DNA of 63,791 nucleotides, counting the filler, from Octopus bimaculoides (lineage: Eukaryota), in assembly GCF_001194135.2 (NCBI RefSeq). It is 7 parts of 7 records of this genome, joined end to end, with 100 filler letters (N's around TTAATTAATTAA, not from the genome) between each part and the next. Parts side by side here need not be neighbours in the genome. Positions count along the whole stretch, not along the records: positions 1 to 25,031 come from NC_068984.1; positions 25,132 to 31,840 come from NW_026380327.1; 5 more parts are not named here. One strand, written 5' to 3'. Position numbers and translations under genes: made by a program. Shown in pieces: positions 12,612 through 25,199 of this stretch; within the stretch, counting starts at the first letter, position 1, and every line of letters begins with the position of its first letter. A model generated the notes under the pieces. That model was not told the DNA's origin and ran no database searches. It saw nothing but the letters and a program-made list of their open reading frames with translations.

Positions 12612-13937
12612 ATACATACATACATACATACATACATACATACATACAATAACTCTGTCAAGTTTCAGAGCACAAAAATGTTAAATGTTTGTAAATGTAT
12701 GTATGCATCGAAACACACATATACACACGCATATGCATATAACCATACATGGTACACACTCAGACATATGCATTTGTGTCATTGCGTTTGATTTTATTAT
12801 CAAAACTATTCAAGAGAATTTTATTTCATATAAAACGTATTGCATATTAAAATTCTCTGCCTTCAAAACAACCATTGCGAAAGGCAAAACCCCTTAATGA
12901 AAAATTTAAAAAAACAGCAGATCTTCAGAAGCAACTATACCATTTCTTTAGTATATATATATATATNNNNNNNNNNNNNNNNNNNNNNNNNNNNNNNNNN
13001 NNNNNNNNNNNNNNNNNNNNNNNNNNNNNNNNNNNNNNNNNNNNNNNNNNNNNNNNNNNNNNNNNNNNNNNNNNNNNNNNNNNNNNNNNNNNNNNNNNNN
13101 NNNNNNNNNNNNNNNNNNNNNNNNNNNNNNNNNNNNNNNNNNNNNNNNNNNNNNNNNNNNNNNNNNNNNNNNNNNNNNNNNNNNNNNNNNNNNNNNNNNN
13201 NNNNNNNNNNNNNNNNNNNNNNNNNNNNNNNNNNNNNNNNNNNNNNNNNNNNNNNNNNNNNNNNNNNNNNNNNNNNNNNNNNNNNNNNNNNNNNNNNNNN
13301 NNNNNNNNNNNNNNNNNNNNNNNNNNNNNNNNNNNNNNNNNNNNNNNNNNNNNNNNNNNNNNNNNNNNNNNNNNNNNNNNNNNNNNNNNNNNNNNNNNNN
13401 NNNNNNNNNNNNNNNNNNNNNNNNNNNNNNNNNNNNNNNNNNNNNNNNNNNNNNNNNNNNNNNNNNNNNNNNNNNNNNNNNNNNNNNNNNNNNNNNNNNN
13501 NNNNNNNNNNNNNNNNNNNNNNNNNNNNNNNNNNNNNNNNNNNNNNNNNNNNNNNNNNNNNNNNNNNNNNNNNNNNNNNNNNNNNNNNNNNNNNNNNNNN
13601 NNNNNNNNNNNNNNNNNNNNNNNNNNNNNNNNNNNNNNNNNNNNNNNNNNNNNNNNNNNNNNNNNNNNNNNNNNNNNNNNNNNNNNNNNNNNNNNNNNNN
13701 NNNNNNNNNNNNNNNNNNNNNNNNNNNNNNNNNNNNNNNNNNNNNNNNNNNNNNNNNNNNNNNNNNNNNNNNNNNNNNNNNNNNNNNNNNNNNNNNNNNN
13801 NNNNNNNNNNNNNNNNNNNNNNNNNNNNNNNNNNNNNNNNNNNNNNNNNNNNNNNNNNNNNNNNNNNNNNNNNNNNNNNNNNNNNNNNNNNNNNNNNNNN
13901 NNNNNNNNNNNNNNNNNNNNNNNNNNNNNNNNNNNNN

Positions 13938-13979
<42 letters not shown>

Positions 13980-14337
13980 GGGTGAGAGAGGGAGGTATAA
14001 ATCACTATTTTACGAAATATATCATGATATATTTCTATGATTCAGTTTACGTGGATGCTCAATATATTCGTGCATGAATATAAAAATCTGAGTGCGTATA
14101 ATATACATAAGCAGTTGCACCTAAAAAACAGAAATGAAAACATAAATATTAAAATGAATGTATATTACTATGGGTACAGATATGACTCGGTGCTTAAAAA
14201 GTTCGCTTTACAATCACGCAGTTTCAAGTTCAGTGGATCACCTTAAGCAGGTATCTCCTACCTATAAGCCAGGGGCCAACTAAAGCCTTCTGAGTAAATT
14301 TGTTCGACAGAAAGTGTGTGAAAGCTTGTTGAATGCA

Positions 14338-14426
<89 letters not shown>

Positions 14427-14428
14427 CA

Positions 14429-14464
<36 letters not shown>

Positions 14465-14877
14465 NNNNNNNNNNNNNNNNNNNNNNNNNNNNNNNNNNNN
14501 NNNNNNNNNNNNNNNNNNNNNNNNNNNNNNNNNNNNNNNNNNNNNNNNNNNNNNNNNNNNNNNNNNNNNNNNNNNNNNNNNNNNNNNNNNNNNNNNNNNN
14601 NNNNNNNNNNNNNNNNNNNNNNNNNNNNNNNNNNNNNNNNNNNNNNNNNNNNNNNNNNNNNNNNNNNNNNNNNNNNNNNNNNNGCGTGTAAAAACCAATT
14701 AATATAAAAATTAATACAAAGTATATAATTCTATAAATATGATTATAAAATTATAGTAAGGGCAATTACTTCGCGTGGCGTTATCTCGTAATTACCCTTC
14801 CTATAATCTTATATAATTATATTTATAAAATTATATACTTTGTATATCTATCTATACATATATATATATATATATGC

Positions 14878-14910
<33 letters not shown>

Positions 14911-15029
14911 TGTATGTATGTATCTATGTATGTATGAATGCATGCATGCATGTATGCATGTGTGTATGTGTATATTGGTGGTGCTCCAGAATAGAAGAAT
15001 GTGCGTATGTGTGTTTGGGGGTGCGTGTG

Positions 15030-15230
15030 CGTGCGTTTCCCGCCGTTTTTCAAAGAGTGTTGGTTTAAATCAGCGTAAGTTAGCGGTTCGGCAAAAGCAA
15101 CCGATAGAATAAGCAACATATTTCAAGAAATAAATACTGGTGTTGATTTGTTCGACCAAATATTTCAATGCGGTTCCCTAATACGACTGCAGTCCTATAA
15201 CTGACACATGTAAAAGATAAAAGAGAAGAG
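15030..15230 (+). mobile_element. SINE family-2 3' half
   Basis: cgtaagttagcggttcggcaaaag...ccgatagaataag...gatttgttcgac...cagtc...gtaaaagataaaagag, homologous to 54100-54312. Confidence 0.7.
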
Positions 15231-15610
15231 AAATATACGCCGAGCTCAGATTTCCTTCATTTTACATCTGTTAGAGAAAGACTATATCTAGGGATTTCAT
15301 TGACATGGTGTTCGTAAAAAGGAAAAAGGAAACAATTCAAAAAGGCATCCAAGTGTACACTTTGCACTGAGTAGTTTTCTACTTTAAAATTTATGAATGA
15401 GGATCACTTTATTTCCATTGGGCTCGTAAAACATACTTCTAAAGATGATACTGAAACCTTGTCGATCAGTAGTAAATGCCCCGTAAGCAAGTAAGTGAAA
15501 TCATTAGTAGTATATGCAGTAAGTATTTTGCTTATTTTTCTCTTCAGATGTTTAATTATTATTGAACATCTTAATCATTCATTTATTCATTTATACATAC
15601 ATATGTACCT

Positions 15611-15713
<103 letters not shown>

Positions 15714-15714
15714 G

Positions 15715-17150
15715 AAGGAAGGGATAATATGCCTTATCCATAAGGGAGGAAGCAGAGCAGATGCTAAAAATTATTGGCCTGACTCTCTGATCTCAGACAT
15801 CAGCAAAGTTATGGAACGAATAGTCCGCAAGAAACTAATCGCGTTCATTGAAGAAAATGACTTGCTGACCCAGTATGGATTTCGACTAGGTAGAAGCTGT
15901 CTAGTACAGTTCTTGCAACACTACGACTCAATGACTCAAGTGCGGATGTCATATATTTCGATTTTGCAAAATCCTTTGATAAAGTCGACAATGTCACAAA
16001 CTGCATGATCACAACATAGGCAGAAATTTGGACAGTGGCGCACGAGTTTCTAAAAGATAGACGTCAGGCAGTGGTGGCCAACGGAGCCACCTCCAAGGAA
16101 ACACAAATAGCAAGTGGTGATCCACAGGGTACTGTCTTAGGGCCACTGCTATTCATAGTGGCTCCCTCAGACATGCCCTTAGCTGATCAGATACCCGCCC
16201 TTGCTAGCTATGTAGATTACACAAAAGTCTCTCAGACAATACAAAATCCTGTAAATATTGAACATCTACAACTGGAGTGTGGGCTGATGACAATAACATG
16301 CAGTTTAATGCAGGAAAATTCCAAGCCCTGCGCTACCATCATATAAAGCTGAACGACATGCAGACAGGCTACCCTGGCCCAGGAGAAATTGCAATCCTTG
16401 AATCAAAATCAGTGCATCACCCGAGCATTGACATGAGCAATGATGCATCTTTCCAAGTACATACTACTAATTTGGTAATAAAATGCAGACGGCTAGCTGG
16501 ATGGATCAAAATAAGAGAAAAGGAGACATTGATGGTCCCTTGGAGGACATACGTCCTCAGCTGCTTGGACTACTGCTCCCAACTATGGTCACCACACAAT
16601 ATAAATTTCACGGCAGAACTCGAAGCAATCCAACGAAGCTACATTAAGAAAATCGTCTCAATGCAACGTATCAGCTACTGGGAAAGACTGAAAGAATTAA
16701 AACTTTTCTCCCTAGAACCAAGGCGGGAAAGATATGCAGTGATATACATCTGGAAAATCCTGGAAGGTCTTGTACGAAACTTTGGTATTGAAAGTTACTC
16801 AAAAAACAGAACGGGGCGCCACTGCATAGTGCCAAAGATCCCAGCATCGCCATCAAAATTCAGGACCAGATACTGCAGCAGCTTGGGTTTCAAGGGCCCA
16901 CACCTCTTCAACATCCTTCCAAAATGCCTGAGAGACCTTCACGGTGTGGATGTAAGTGTCTTTAAAACAAAACTGGATCTCTTCCTACCAAGGGTTCCAG
17001 ACATGCCTACCTCACGGCAGGAAACACAGTTGAGGGCAGCAGCATCAAACTCACTCATTGACCAAATGTCACATAACAAAGGAGGTTTCAAATAATGGTG
17101 TAGTACAGTCAATGGTGGTGCCCCAGCATGACCGCAGCTTTGAAGCTGAA
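15715..17150 (+). mobile_element. 5'-truncated CR1-group LINE (RT and C-terminal region), decayed
   Basis: ORFs give QYGFRLGRSCLVQ, GDPQGTVLGPLLF, YVDYTKV, NNMQFNAGKFQ, LDYCSQLWSPH, YWERLKELKLFSLEPRRER. Flanked by (CA)n on both sides. Confidence 0.9.
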
Positions 17151-17180
17151 ACATTTTAAAGATTCAAAGATTTATAAGTG

Positions 17181-17228
<48 letters not shown>

Positions 17229-17285
17229 AGCGTATCTATGTATCTGTCTATATATCCATCCATCCATCCATCCATCCATCCATCC

Positions 17286-17344
<59 letters not shown>

Positions 17345-17802
17345 CATCTATCTATCTATCAAACAATATATGAACAGTACATCCGTTGCTCTTATATTGT
17401 TTGAAATTTTATGCATCAGCTGAAGAAAGCGGGGGGTTTTTTTGGGCTATGATGTAATGTACTCATTAATCTATCAAAAAATTCGTTGGAAACAGCTGTA
17501 ATGAAGTGACACTTATCAATTGGTTGTTATTTATTTGTTCAATAAAGACCTCACTGGAATCTCGACTCGTCGGACATTCTGGATTATATCAAATACCGTA
17601 CGACCAATACAGCGTACGCTTTTGGATTAGCCCATAGACTATTAAAATATTCATAAGGGTTAAATTATCTGTATACATAACCCAAATATTTCATTGGATG
17701 CACTTTGGTATCCATGATATTTATTCGAATAAAGGTACTGATTACAAGATAATTCGACCCAACTTGGTGCCTGTTATTTAAGTACCTGATTCACTCGAAT
17801 CC

Positions 17803-17834
<32 letters not shown>

Positions 17835-18562
17835 NNNNNNNNNNNNNNNNNNNNNNNNNNNNNNNNNNNNNNNNNNNNNNNNNNNNNNNNNNNNNNNNNN
17901 NNNNNNNNNNNNNNNNNNNNNNNNNNNNNNNNNNNNNNNNNNNNNNNNNNNNNNNNNNNNNNNNNNNNNNNNNNNNNNNNNNNNNNNNNNNNNNNNNNNN
18001 NNNNNNNNNNNNNNNNNNNNNNNNNNNNNNNNNNNNNNNNNNNNNNNNNNNNNNNNNNNNNNNNNNNNNNNNNNNNNNNNNNNNNNNNNNNNNNNNNNNN
18101 NNNNNNNNNNNNNNNNNNNNNNNNNNNNNNNNNNNNNNNNNNNNNNNNNNNNNNNNNNNNNNNNNNNNNNNNNNNNNNNNNNNNNNNNNNNNNNNNNNNN
18201 NNNNNNNNNNNNNNNNNNNNNNNNNNNNNNNNNNNNNNNNNNNNNNNNNNNNNNNNNNNNNNNNNNNNNNNNNNNNNNNNNNNNNNNNNNNNNNNNNNNN
18301 NNNNNNNNNNNNNNNNNNNNNNNNNNNNNNNNNNNNNNNNNNNNNNNNNNNNNNNNNNNNNNNNNNNNNNNNNNNNNNNNNNNNNNNNNNNNNNNNNNNN
18401 NNNNNNNNNNNNNNNNNNNNNNNNNNNNNNNNNNNNNNNNNNNNNNNNNNNNNNNNNNNNNNNNNNNNNNNNNNNNNNNNNNNNNNNNNNNNNNNNNNNN
18501 NNNNNNNNNNNNNNNNNNNNNNNNNNNNNNNNNNNNNNNNNNNNNNNNNNNNNNNNNNNNNN

Positions 18563-18615
<53 letters not shown>

Positions 18616-19175
18616 TATATACACATATATATATACACACACATATATATGAATGTAAATTTATGTCTAAATAAATAATGTGTATATGTATACACACTCA
18701 AACACATATACCTATATATATATGTATGTGTTGTATATATGTGTATTTTTGTTTGTCTACATCTGTGTCAAGTTGCGCCTCATTACGCCCAGTGGTAAAC
18801 TAGTCATTCAATAACTTGATGTCGGTAAAATAAGAACCAAATATGAATTGATGATGTCAATATAGTCGACTAGACCCCATGAAGTCAGTGGTGTCCCGGT
18901 TTGGCCGGAGTCCACTGAATGAAACCATTAAAAGGATAAATGAATAACAATAACAGAAAATCTAATTCAGAAAAAAATATAATGGTAAGTTCATGGATCG
19001 AAACAGTAAGTTTATTAATTTAGTTACGAGCATAAACGTTCTTCCAGACGTGGCCATCAACAGATAACGCAATAAAGTGTGTGTAATAGAATTTTATTGA
19101 TCAAAATGCAAAACTCATTGGTCTGCTTGTGTCTCTTTTTCTTTTCGTTTTCTTTTTTGTTTTCACATGACTTAC

Positions 19176-19293
19176 TCAAAAGAGGGAAGACAGAGCTCAT
19201 GAGCCTTTTGAAGTGCATTGTGATTGGTAGTAAGAAGGAAGGAAGATATCCAAAAGCCAGAGATGTGACCCGAATGAAACGGAGTGGGCTCCG
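19176..19293 (-). CDS. Candidate exon following Kunitz B (unknown domain/linker)
   Basis: gatttag|CG GAG...TTT GA|gtaagt. The phase-1 start fits exon B. Open frame EPTPFHSGHISGFWISSFLLTTNHNALQKAHELCLPSF, ending phase 2. No recognisable domain. Confidence 0.45.
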
Positions 19294-19394
19294 CTAAATC
19301 CCCCCACACAAAGAAAAACAACAAAAACAGGGTGTTGTGTTAAACTGGGGGACAGATTTAGTCTAACACTCCAGAACTAGAATGGTGTCCCCGA

Positions 19395-19552
19395 CAAGCT
19401 TCCATTCGGTTTCCGTCTTCCAAATTTCACTCATTAGGCTTTGGTCGATTCGACGCTATGATAGAAAGCACTTGCGCAAGGTGCTGTACAGTGGTATTGA
19501 ACCGGTATCCACGTAGTTGCAAAGCGAATTTCGTAACCACACAGCCATGGCT
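19395..19552 (-). mobile_element. SINE family-2 5' half
   Basis: Reverse complement ccatggctgtgtggttacgaa...ggttcaataccactg...caccttgcgcaagtgc...gaccaaagcc...gaagacggaaac, homologous to 53715-53872. Confidence 0.75.
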
Positions 19553-19917
19553 GCGCCCATATGTATGTATGCATGGATACAGTTAGAAGGAGAAATGACC
19601 GTTTGGAAATTTTGAATAAACAAATGGTTAGCCATCATGCATTTTGCTAAATGTTCCTTGTTTTGTTTTGTTTTATTATATAAAATGTTTTATTCCTTTA
19701 TTTTATTTTATCTTATCATTTTTTGTTTGTTTAGTAGTTCTTTAAATGGGGACTCAAAACGCTTCTATGTGAATGTCTGTTATGTTTTGATTTCATTAGT
19801 TTATTAAAATTTTGTTTTTTATTATGATTTATTTGAATATTTTTAAGTATCTGTGTGTGTATGTGTGTGTTATAATTTGTTGTTGGCAGAAAGTTTGGCG
19901 AATCTGACGTCACTTAC

Positions 19918-20109
19918 GTTGGCAGTAATTTTCACAGTCTATTTTACGAATGAACGCGACGTCTGCAACTCTGTGTAAGTATTTAGAACAGGTGTAAAAC
20001 ATTGTAGTACGGCATACGTTGCGTCGGTTATCATAAAACCATATCTGTCTGAATTTGCCTTCGAATGAGTCGCACCGCATGTCAGCGTAGATCACTTTTG
20101 TATCGCATT
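19918..20109 (-). CDS. Internal exon encoding atypical Kunitz/BPTI-like domain B
   Basis: ttcgtttacag|AA TGC...TGC CAA C|gtaagt. 192 nt, phase 1-1: CDTKVIYADMRCDSFEGKFRQIWFYDNRRNVCRTTMFYTCSKYLHRVADVAFIRKIDCENYCQ. Same Cys spacing as exon A and 25/62 identical residues by hand alignment. Confidence 0.88.
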
Positions 20110-20194
20110 CTGTAAACGAATAAAAAGAATAAAATATATATATACATATATACACAATATTACAATTTACATACACATTTATACAGTACATGTA

Positions 20195-20230
<36 letters not shown>

Positions 20231-20384
20231 TGTATGTATGTATGTATGTGTGAGTGTGTGTGAGAGAGAGGGTGAAAGAGAGAGAGGGAGAGAAAAACAG
20301 GCATATCAAATACTATACAACATAAATTCAATATTTCTCGAAAGCTGGAATGCCATTCAAGGAAAGTACAGGCTGTTTCTCTCG

Positions 20385-21165
20385 AGGTAAGAGTACAGTC
20401 ATGGACGCGTGTTTCTGCCTCTATAAGAGTCATCAGCATGACAGTTATCTCATCCTAACTCCAGCAGCCGAGGGACTTAGACATATACAAAAATTAGTAG
20501 AGCATACTTATGGCCTAAGCAATTTTCGTAAACAGAAATAACTCAAAGTGGCCAGTGGCATATGTTTGAACAACATAAACAAAATACAGGTATACCAAAT
20601 ACCATACAAGAACTTTTGGCTAATTAAAATTATCTCCGCCTGTTGAAGATACACGTCACAATCACCAAATGATGATTGAGACCAACACCATATAGAAGAG
20701 ATAATCTTAAGAATCAAGATTTCTCTAAAGTAAGCATGTCATTAAGGATTAGGAAAAGCTTATTTTTGTTTATTTACACAAATTTTGGCGGCCATAAATA
20801 TGCTCTATTCTTTTGGTGTATCTAAGTCCATTGGCTGCTGAAGTTAAGGTAGAACGATTGTTATGCTGATGACGACTATTGAAGCAGAAACATATGCGTG
20901 ACTGTTCTCTTATCTCCAGACAATAAGCTTGTCTTTTTCCACATTGGCATGTCAACTTTGGAGAAACTCTTGACTCTTGATATTATCTTCCATTGTCCTG
21001 CAGTGCTGATCTCAACCGACATTTCGTAATTGTAACACATCCACTACAGGCAGAGATAATTTTAATAAATGAAGATTCCTTGTTGTATACTATTTGATAT
21101 ACCTGTATTTGTTTATGGTGTTCAAATATATGCCACTAGCACCCTGAGTTATCTTTATTTTTACA
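20385..21165. repeat. Diverged ~370-bp inverted, circularly permuted repeat pair between the two Kunitz exons
   Basis: 20385-20545 (A) resembles the reverse complement of 20770-20905. 20545-20760 (B) resembles the reverse complement of 20915-21160. Confidence 0.75.
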
Positions 21166-21605
21166 TGCAAATTATGACAGCAACTCGGGTTTTGTGTTCA
21201 GGCGAAGTATTTACTGATTTTAAGATAAAATGAAGCATAATCATATTATTTAAATATCATGTGTCGAAGAATACTCATATTACAGGACATGTTTGAAAGT
21301 AATAAATGAAAAATTACGAGAAAATGAGATATCTGAATAAGTGTGAAATTGAGAGCAGTAGTAACTCAGGACTTTTATCCTGATAAATTTGGTTGAGTCA
21401 CTCACACTGTGAAAATTTATTATGGCTGTATAATATAAAACAATGATGATAAACAGGCAAAGTAGCGAATCTTTAACTATTAACCTGAGATTTTACATTG
21501 AGGTTGTTATGTGTGGCTCCTTCTGGAGTAAAATCCAATGCAAAAAAAAAAACTAAAAAGAAACAGGAAAAGGAAAGAAAAGAAAAAGTCATCTACGTCA
21601 CTTAC

Positions 21606-21797
21606 TGATACACTTTTTTTCGCAACGGGAGAGAGAAATGAAGGTGACCTCTGAAATTCGATTTTCATACAAGGGACAAGTGTGAAAAGGGATTTGTCGA
21701 CAGGTGCGAGAAGATTTGTCGTACATCCAGGCGTCCCGAGGGCCTCCTATCCACCAGTCACATCGCATGTCTCCAAAGATGTATTGCCGGTTACACT
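21606..21797 (-). CDS. Internal exon encoding atypical Kunitz/BPTI-like domain A
   Basis: Minus strand: tatatttcag|AG TGT...TGT ATC A|gtaagt. 192 nt, phase 1-1, open: CNRQYIFGDMRCDWWIGGPRDAWMYDKSSRTCRQIPFHTCPLYENRISEVTFISLSRCEKKCI. Six Cys, W-x-Y-D before C3 and F-x5-C-x3-C ending as in Kunitz. Not in the ORF track (no ATG). Confidence 0.85.
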
Positions 21798-23138
21798 CTG
21801 AAATATATATATTAAAAAAAATGAAAAATCGATAGCATTAGACCGCCAGACGAGAAATATAATTTCCTCGAAATTTCGACTACAAAAAAAACTACAATGC
21901 GATTCTAAAATTTCGGACATTTAAATTCCACAACAATTTTTTAACCAGCTGACAGCCGAACCTGTCGAGGTTGGAATTGATCGAGACCTTGTTACACTTT
22001 TAATGTTTAGCAGGATAAACAAATGAGACAAACATTTAAGCTTTTTATGTAACACTGTACCTCCAGAATGTTGAAATTAATTTCATTAAACTTAATCTTC
22101 ATATAAGGAGTCAGGTGGATGATGAATCCAAACGTGTTAATTATACAACACTAACGAATTCCATCCATTCATTTATTACAGAAATAGGTGAAGTGGCGTA
22201 AACTCCGCTCACGTTGTAATCAAGAAGGACTCTACGTCGGAAACTGTCAGCATAGGAATTCTAATGGCATATATCGTAAGGAATGAGTCGCAAACATGTA
22301 TCGATCTTTTGAATTGGGAAATGTTTTCATTATTTTGTCTTCCGAATAGTTATCCGGTTACGGACAGAATGATAGGGGTATAGTGCATGAAAGAGCTCAA
22401 GAAAATATTTGAGATTATTCTAAAACTGTTGCGGATATCTTAACAAAATTTGGAATTATATAGTTGAAGAAAATATTAAAATAGGCAAGTAGTAGGATAA
22501 TAATAGTTTTGACAGCGTAAACTGTAGAAGCCACACCCAATCATGAAATAGTTAATGTGTTTAAGGAAATCTGTAAAACTAATATCAGTATTAGAGGAAT
22601 AGAAATAGGATAGATTGATTATGTCAATCATCTCCAAGTCCAAGCCTTTTAACAAGCTCTGATGCAAAACGTTTTTGAAATGTGTGCCACAAATCCGTAT
22701 AACAACTGCAAAGTATGTATGGTATTAAGTGCCAAGGTGGGTCATGTGCCAACATTTTTGAAACGTACAATGGAAAGACAGCTTGGAGTATAGAGTAAGG
22801 TTTAATGATCTCTGGAACAGCTATTCGGAGAATATACCTACATTCATATTTTACCAACATGCACTATATAAACGCGATGATTCAATGAATTGCTTCAGTG
22901 AGGACATCGTATATAATTATCCTTATGATACACACTTGTAACCGAATCAGTTTACTCATGGGATTCAGAAACCAGTCTCAAATTGTAAGTCCGAATTTCG
23001 TAACACTGATGCAATATACTTAAGAAGAGCAAATATCACCAAACTAAGCTCAGATTTTAACACATATGCATGTGTACATTCATGTTAATATATGTATAAA
23101 TCTCTCTCTCAATCTCTCTCCCTCTGTATATATATAGT

Positions 23139-24051
23139 TTTTATATCCTTGTATGTTGGATATATGATATAACAAAACGGGGAAGAAAGTATTTACACGA
23201 CGCACTACTGAACGGTTTACAGCGAACTGCTTACCAGCTCAAACTGCCAATCGCCCACAATTCACCTTCAGTCACTAGCGTGAGATGGAGGGTCGGAATC
23301 CTTCCACAACTTCCCCCTTTTTAGAATCAGTCTCCCTTCGATTCTCCCCTTTTCAGAATAGAACTCCGCTCAAAGTTTTAATATCTCTTACGCTTAGGGT
23401 TCAATTTCTATGTTTCCGCTCTTTTCCCTTTTCTGGTGCTAGAACGTATAGTTACAAATTGCTTGGATGTTGGTATCACAAATATGTCGTACAATACTTC
23501 CGTGGGGATTTCATTTCTCGTGACTGTTTTTTCGTGAATCTCTTTTTAAGCTGGTTGATATGTCTTTTATATTCGACCTTTTTTTTCCTTTTATCAGGAA
23601 TAACATTCTTCCAATTTGTTTAATTATTACACTGTTCTCCCAGTTGTCTTTACTATATCTATAGGCTTTAAAAAAAAGTTTGTTACCTAACTTGAAGAAT
23701 TTTGAAGTATTTTTGTTGTTCGCCTTTTTTTATTTTCACTTGGTATTAATTTATCAAAGATGGATCTGACCTTTCTAGCAAACATCAATTTTGTGGGGGA
23801 TATTCCTGAGTGAGTTCAGATCACTTCTTCGTCACCACTTTTATAATCTTTGTATGTTGAATATATAATATAACGAAGCAGGAGAGAAAGAAAGTATTTA
23901 CACGACGCACCACTATTAATATTACACGAGACTCAACGCCCTCTATCAACGGCTTACAATGAACTGTTTACCAACCCGAACTGCCAATCGCTTGACAATG
24001 AGTCAGTCCACCTTTGGTCACTTGGTGGATAGTCAGAATCCTTCCGCAACA
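23139..24051 (-). mobile_element. Internally deleted Gypsy LTR retrotransposon (TRIM-sized, 913 bp)
   Basis: LTRs at 23139-23311 and 23839-24051. 5-bp TSD atagt (23134-23138, 24052-24056). PBS GTGGTGACGAAG (23827-23838). PPT AAAAAGGGGGA (23312-23322). Internal remnant reads SPTKLMFARKVRSIFDKLIP and KDNWENSVIIKQIGRMLFLIKG, resembling a Gypsy integrase C-terminus. Confidence 0.8.
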
Positions 24052-24887
24052 ATAGTAATAGGTACGTGCAATTAGAGCCCAAGTTTGACTAGAAGCCTAA
24101 AATTTCAGTTTGAACTTCAACTAAAAGCAAGGATGTTACAGCTGCATAATGACGATTGGTTATAGGGAGGTTATCAATAATGTACAAACATTGAAGCACA
24201 CCAGCTTATAGATTTCACGCTACTTGTATAAGTATATACTTCAGTCAAGCGATCTGAATTTGTTTCGAGGGAAAATAAAGTATACAACATCGATCAGTTG
24301 AAATAGCAGTGAAATATCGACATCTCTCGTTCTCGTTCTCGTTCACCAACGCGGCAATTCGTTTTGCCGGGCTGCAGTATATTGCGTTTTTTAAAAATTC
24401 TACATCTTTAAAGGGATCATCCCTGGAAGAAATACTGCAGCCTAAAAGTGATTAGCAACCCAAATATATTAGGCATGCCATATTGATAATATATGTGAGC
24501 ATTTGCGTGCGTGCGCATGCATGTGTGGATGTGGGTGTGTAGTTTACTATGATAAAGTATTTATTTCATGACTCGAGTTTTATGCCACTGCGATCATTAG
24601 GTAAGAACTGGCAAATAGCTGCGGCGTGAAATTCTAGTCACTAGATAAACATTTTCTTTCAATTAATCATAACTCTAATCGCTGCGTGAGCATTACCCCT
24701 CTCTCATATTCTCTCGACACAGTTCAGTGTTTGCATATATATGGTAAGATTATAAACACACACATAATTAGATTTGGATCTTCAAATACTAGGAACATAG
24801 CACAAATAATAGCAGCACATAACCTTAAAATACTTAAGTCTAAAGAAACAGGTAGGAATGAGAATTTGAACAATAATATAAATAGCA

Positions 24888-24956
<69 letters not shown>

Positions 24957-25075
24957 GAGGTTCCTTTATTAATAATAGGAGTAAGGACTGTAGGAGTAAG
25001 AACATAATCACAGTAAATGAGGTAAACCCTANNNNNNNNNNNNNNNNNNNNNNNNNNNNNNNNNNNNNNNNNNNN

Positions 25076-25087
25076 TTAATTAATTAA
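25076..25087. other. Synthetic assembly spacer TTAATTAATTAA inside 44+44 N (also 31885-31896, 50208-50219, 52858-52869, 56015-56026, 60023-60034)
   Basis: Identical 100-bp N44/12-mer/N44 blocks occur six times. The 12-mer carries stops in all six frames. Confidence 0.9.
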
Positions 25088-25199
25088 NNNNNNNNNNNNN
25101 NNNNNNNNNNNNNNNNNNNNNNNNNNNNNNNAAAGTCGACCACGGCGGAATTTGAACTCAGAACGCAGTGGCAGACGAAATACCGCTAAGCATTTATAT

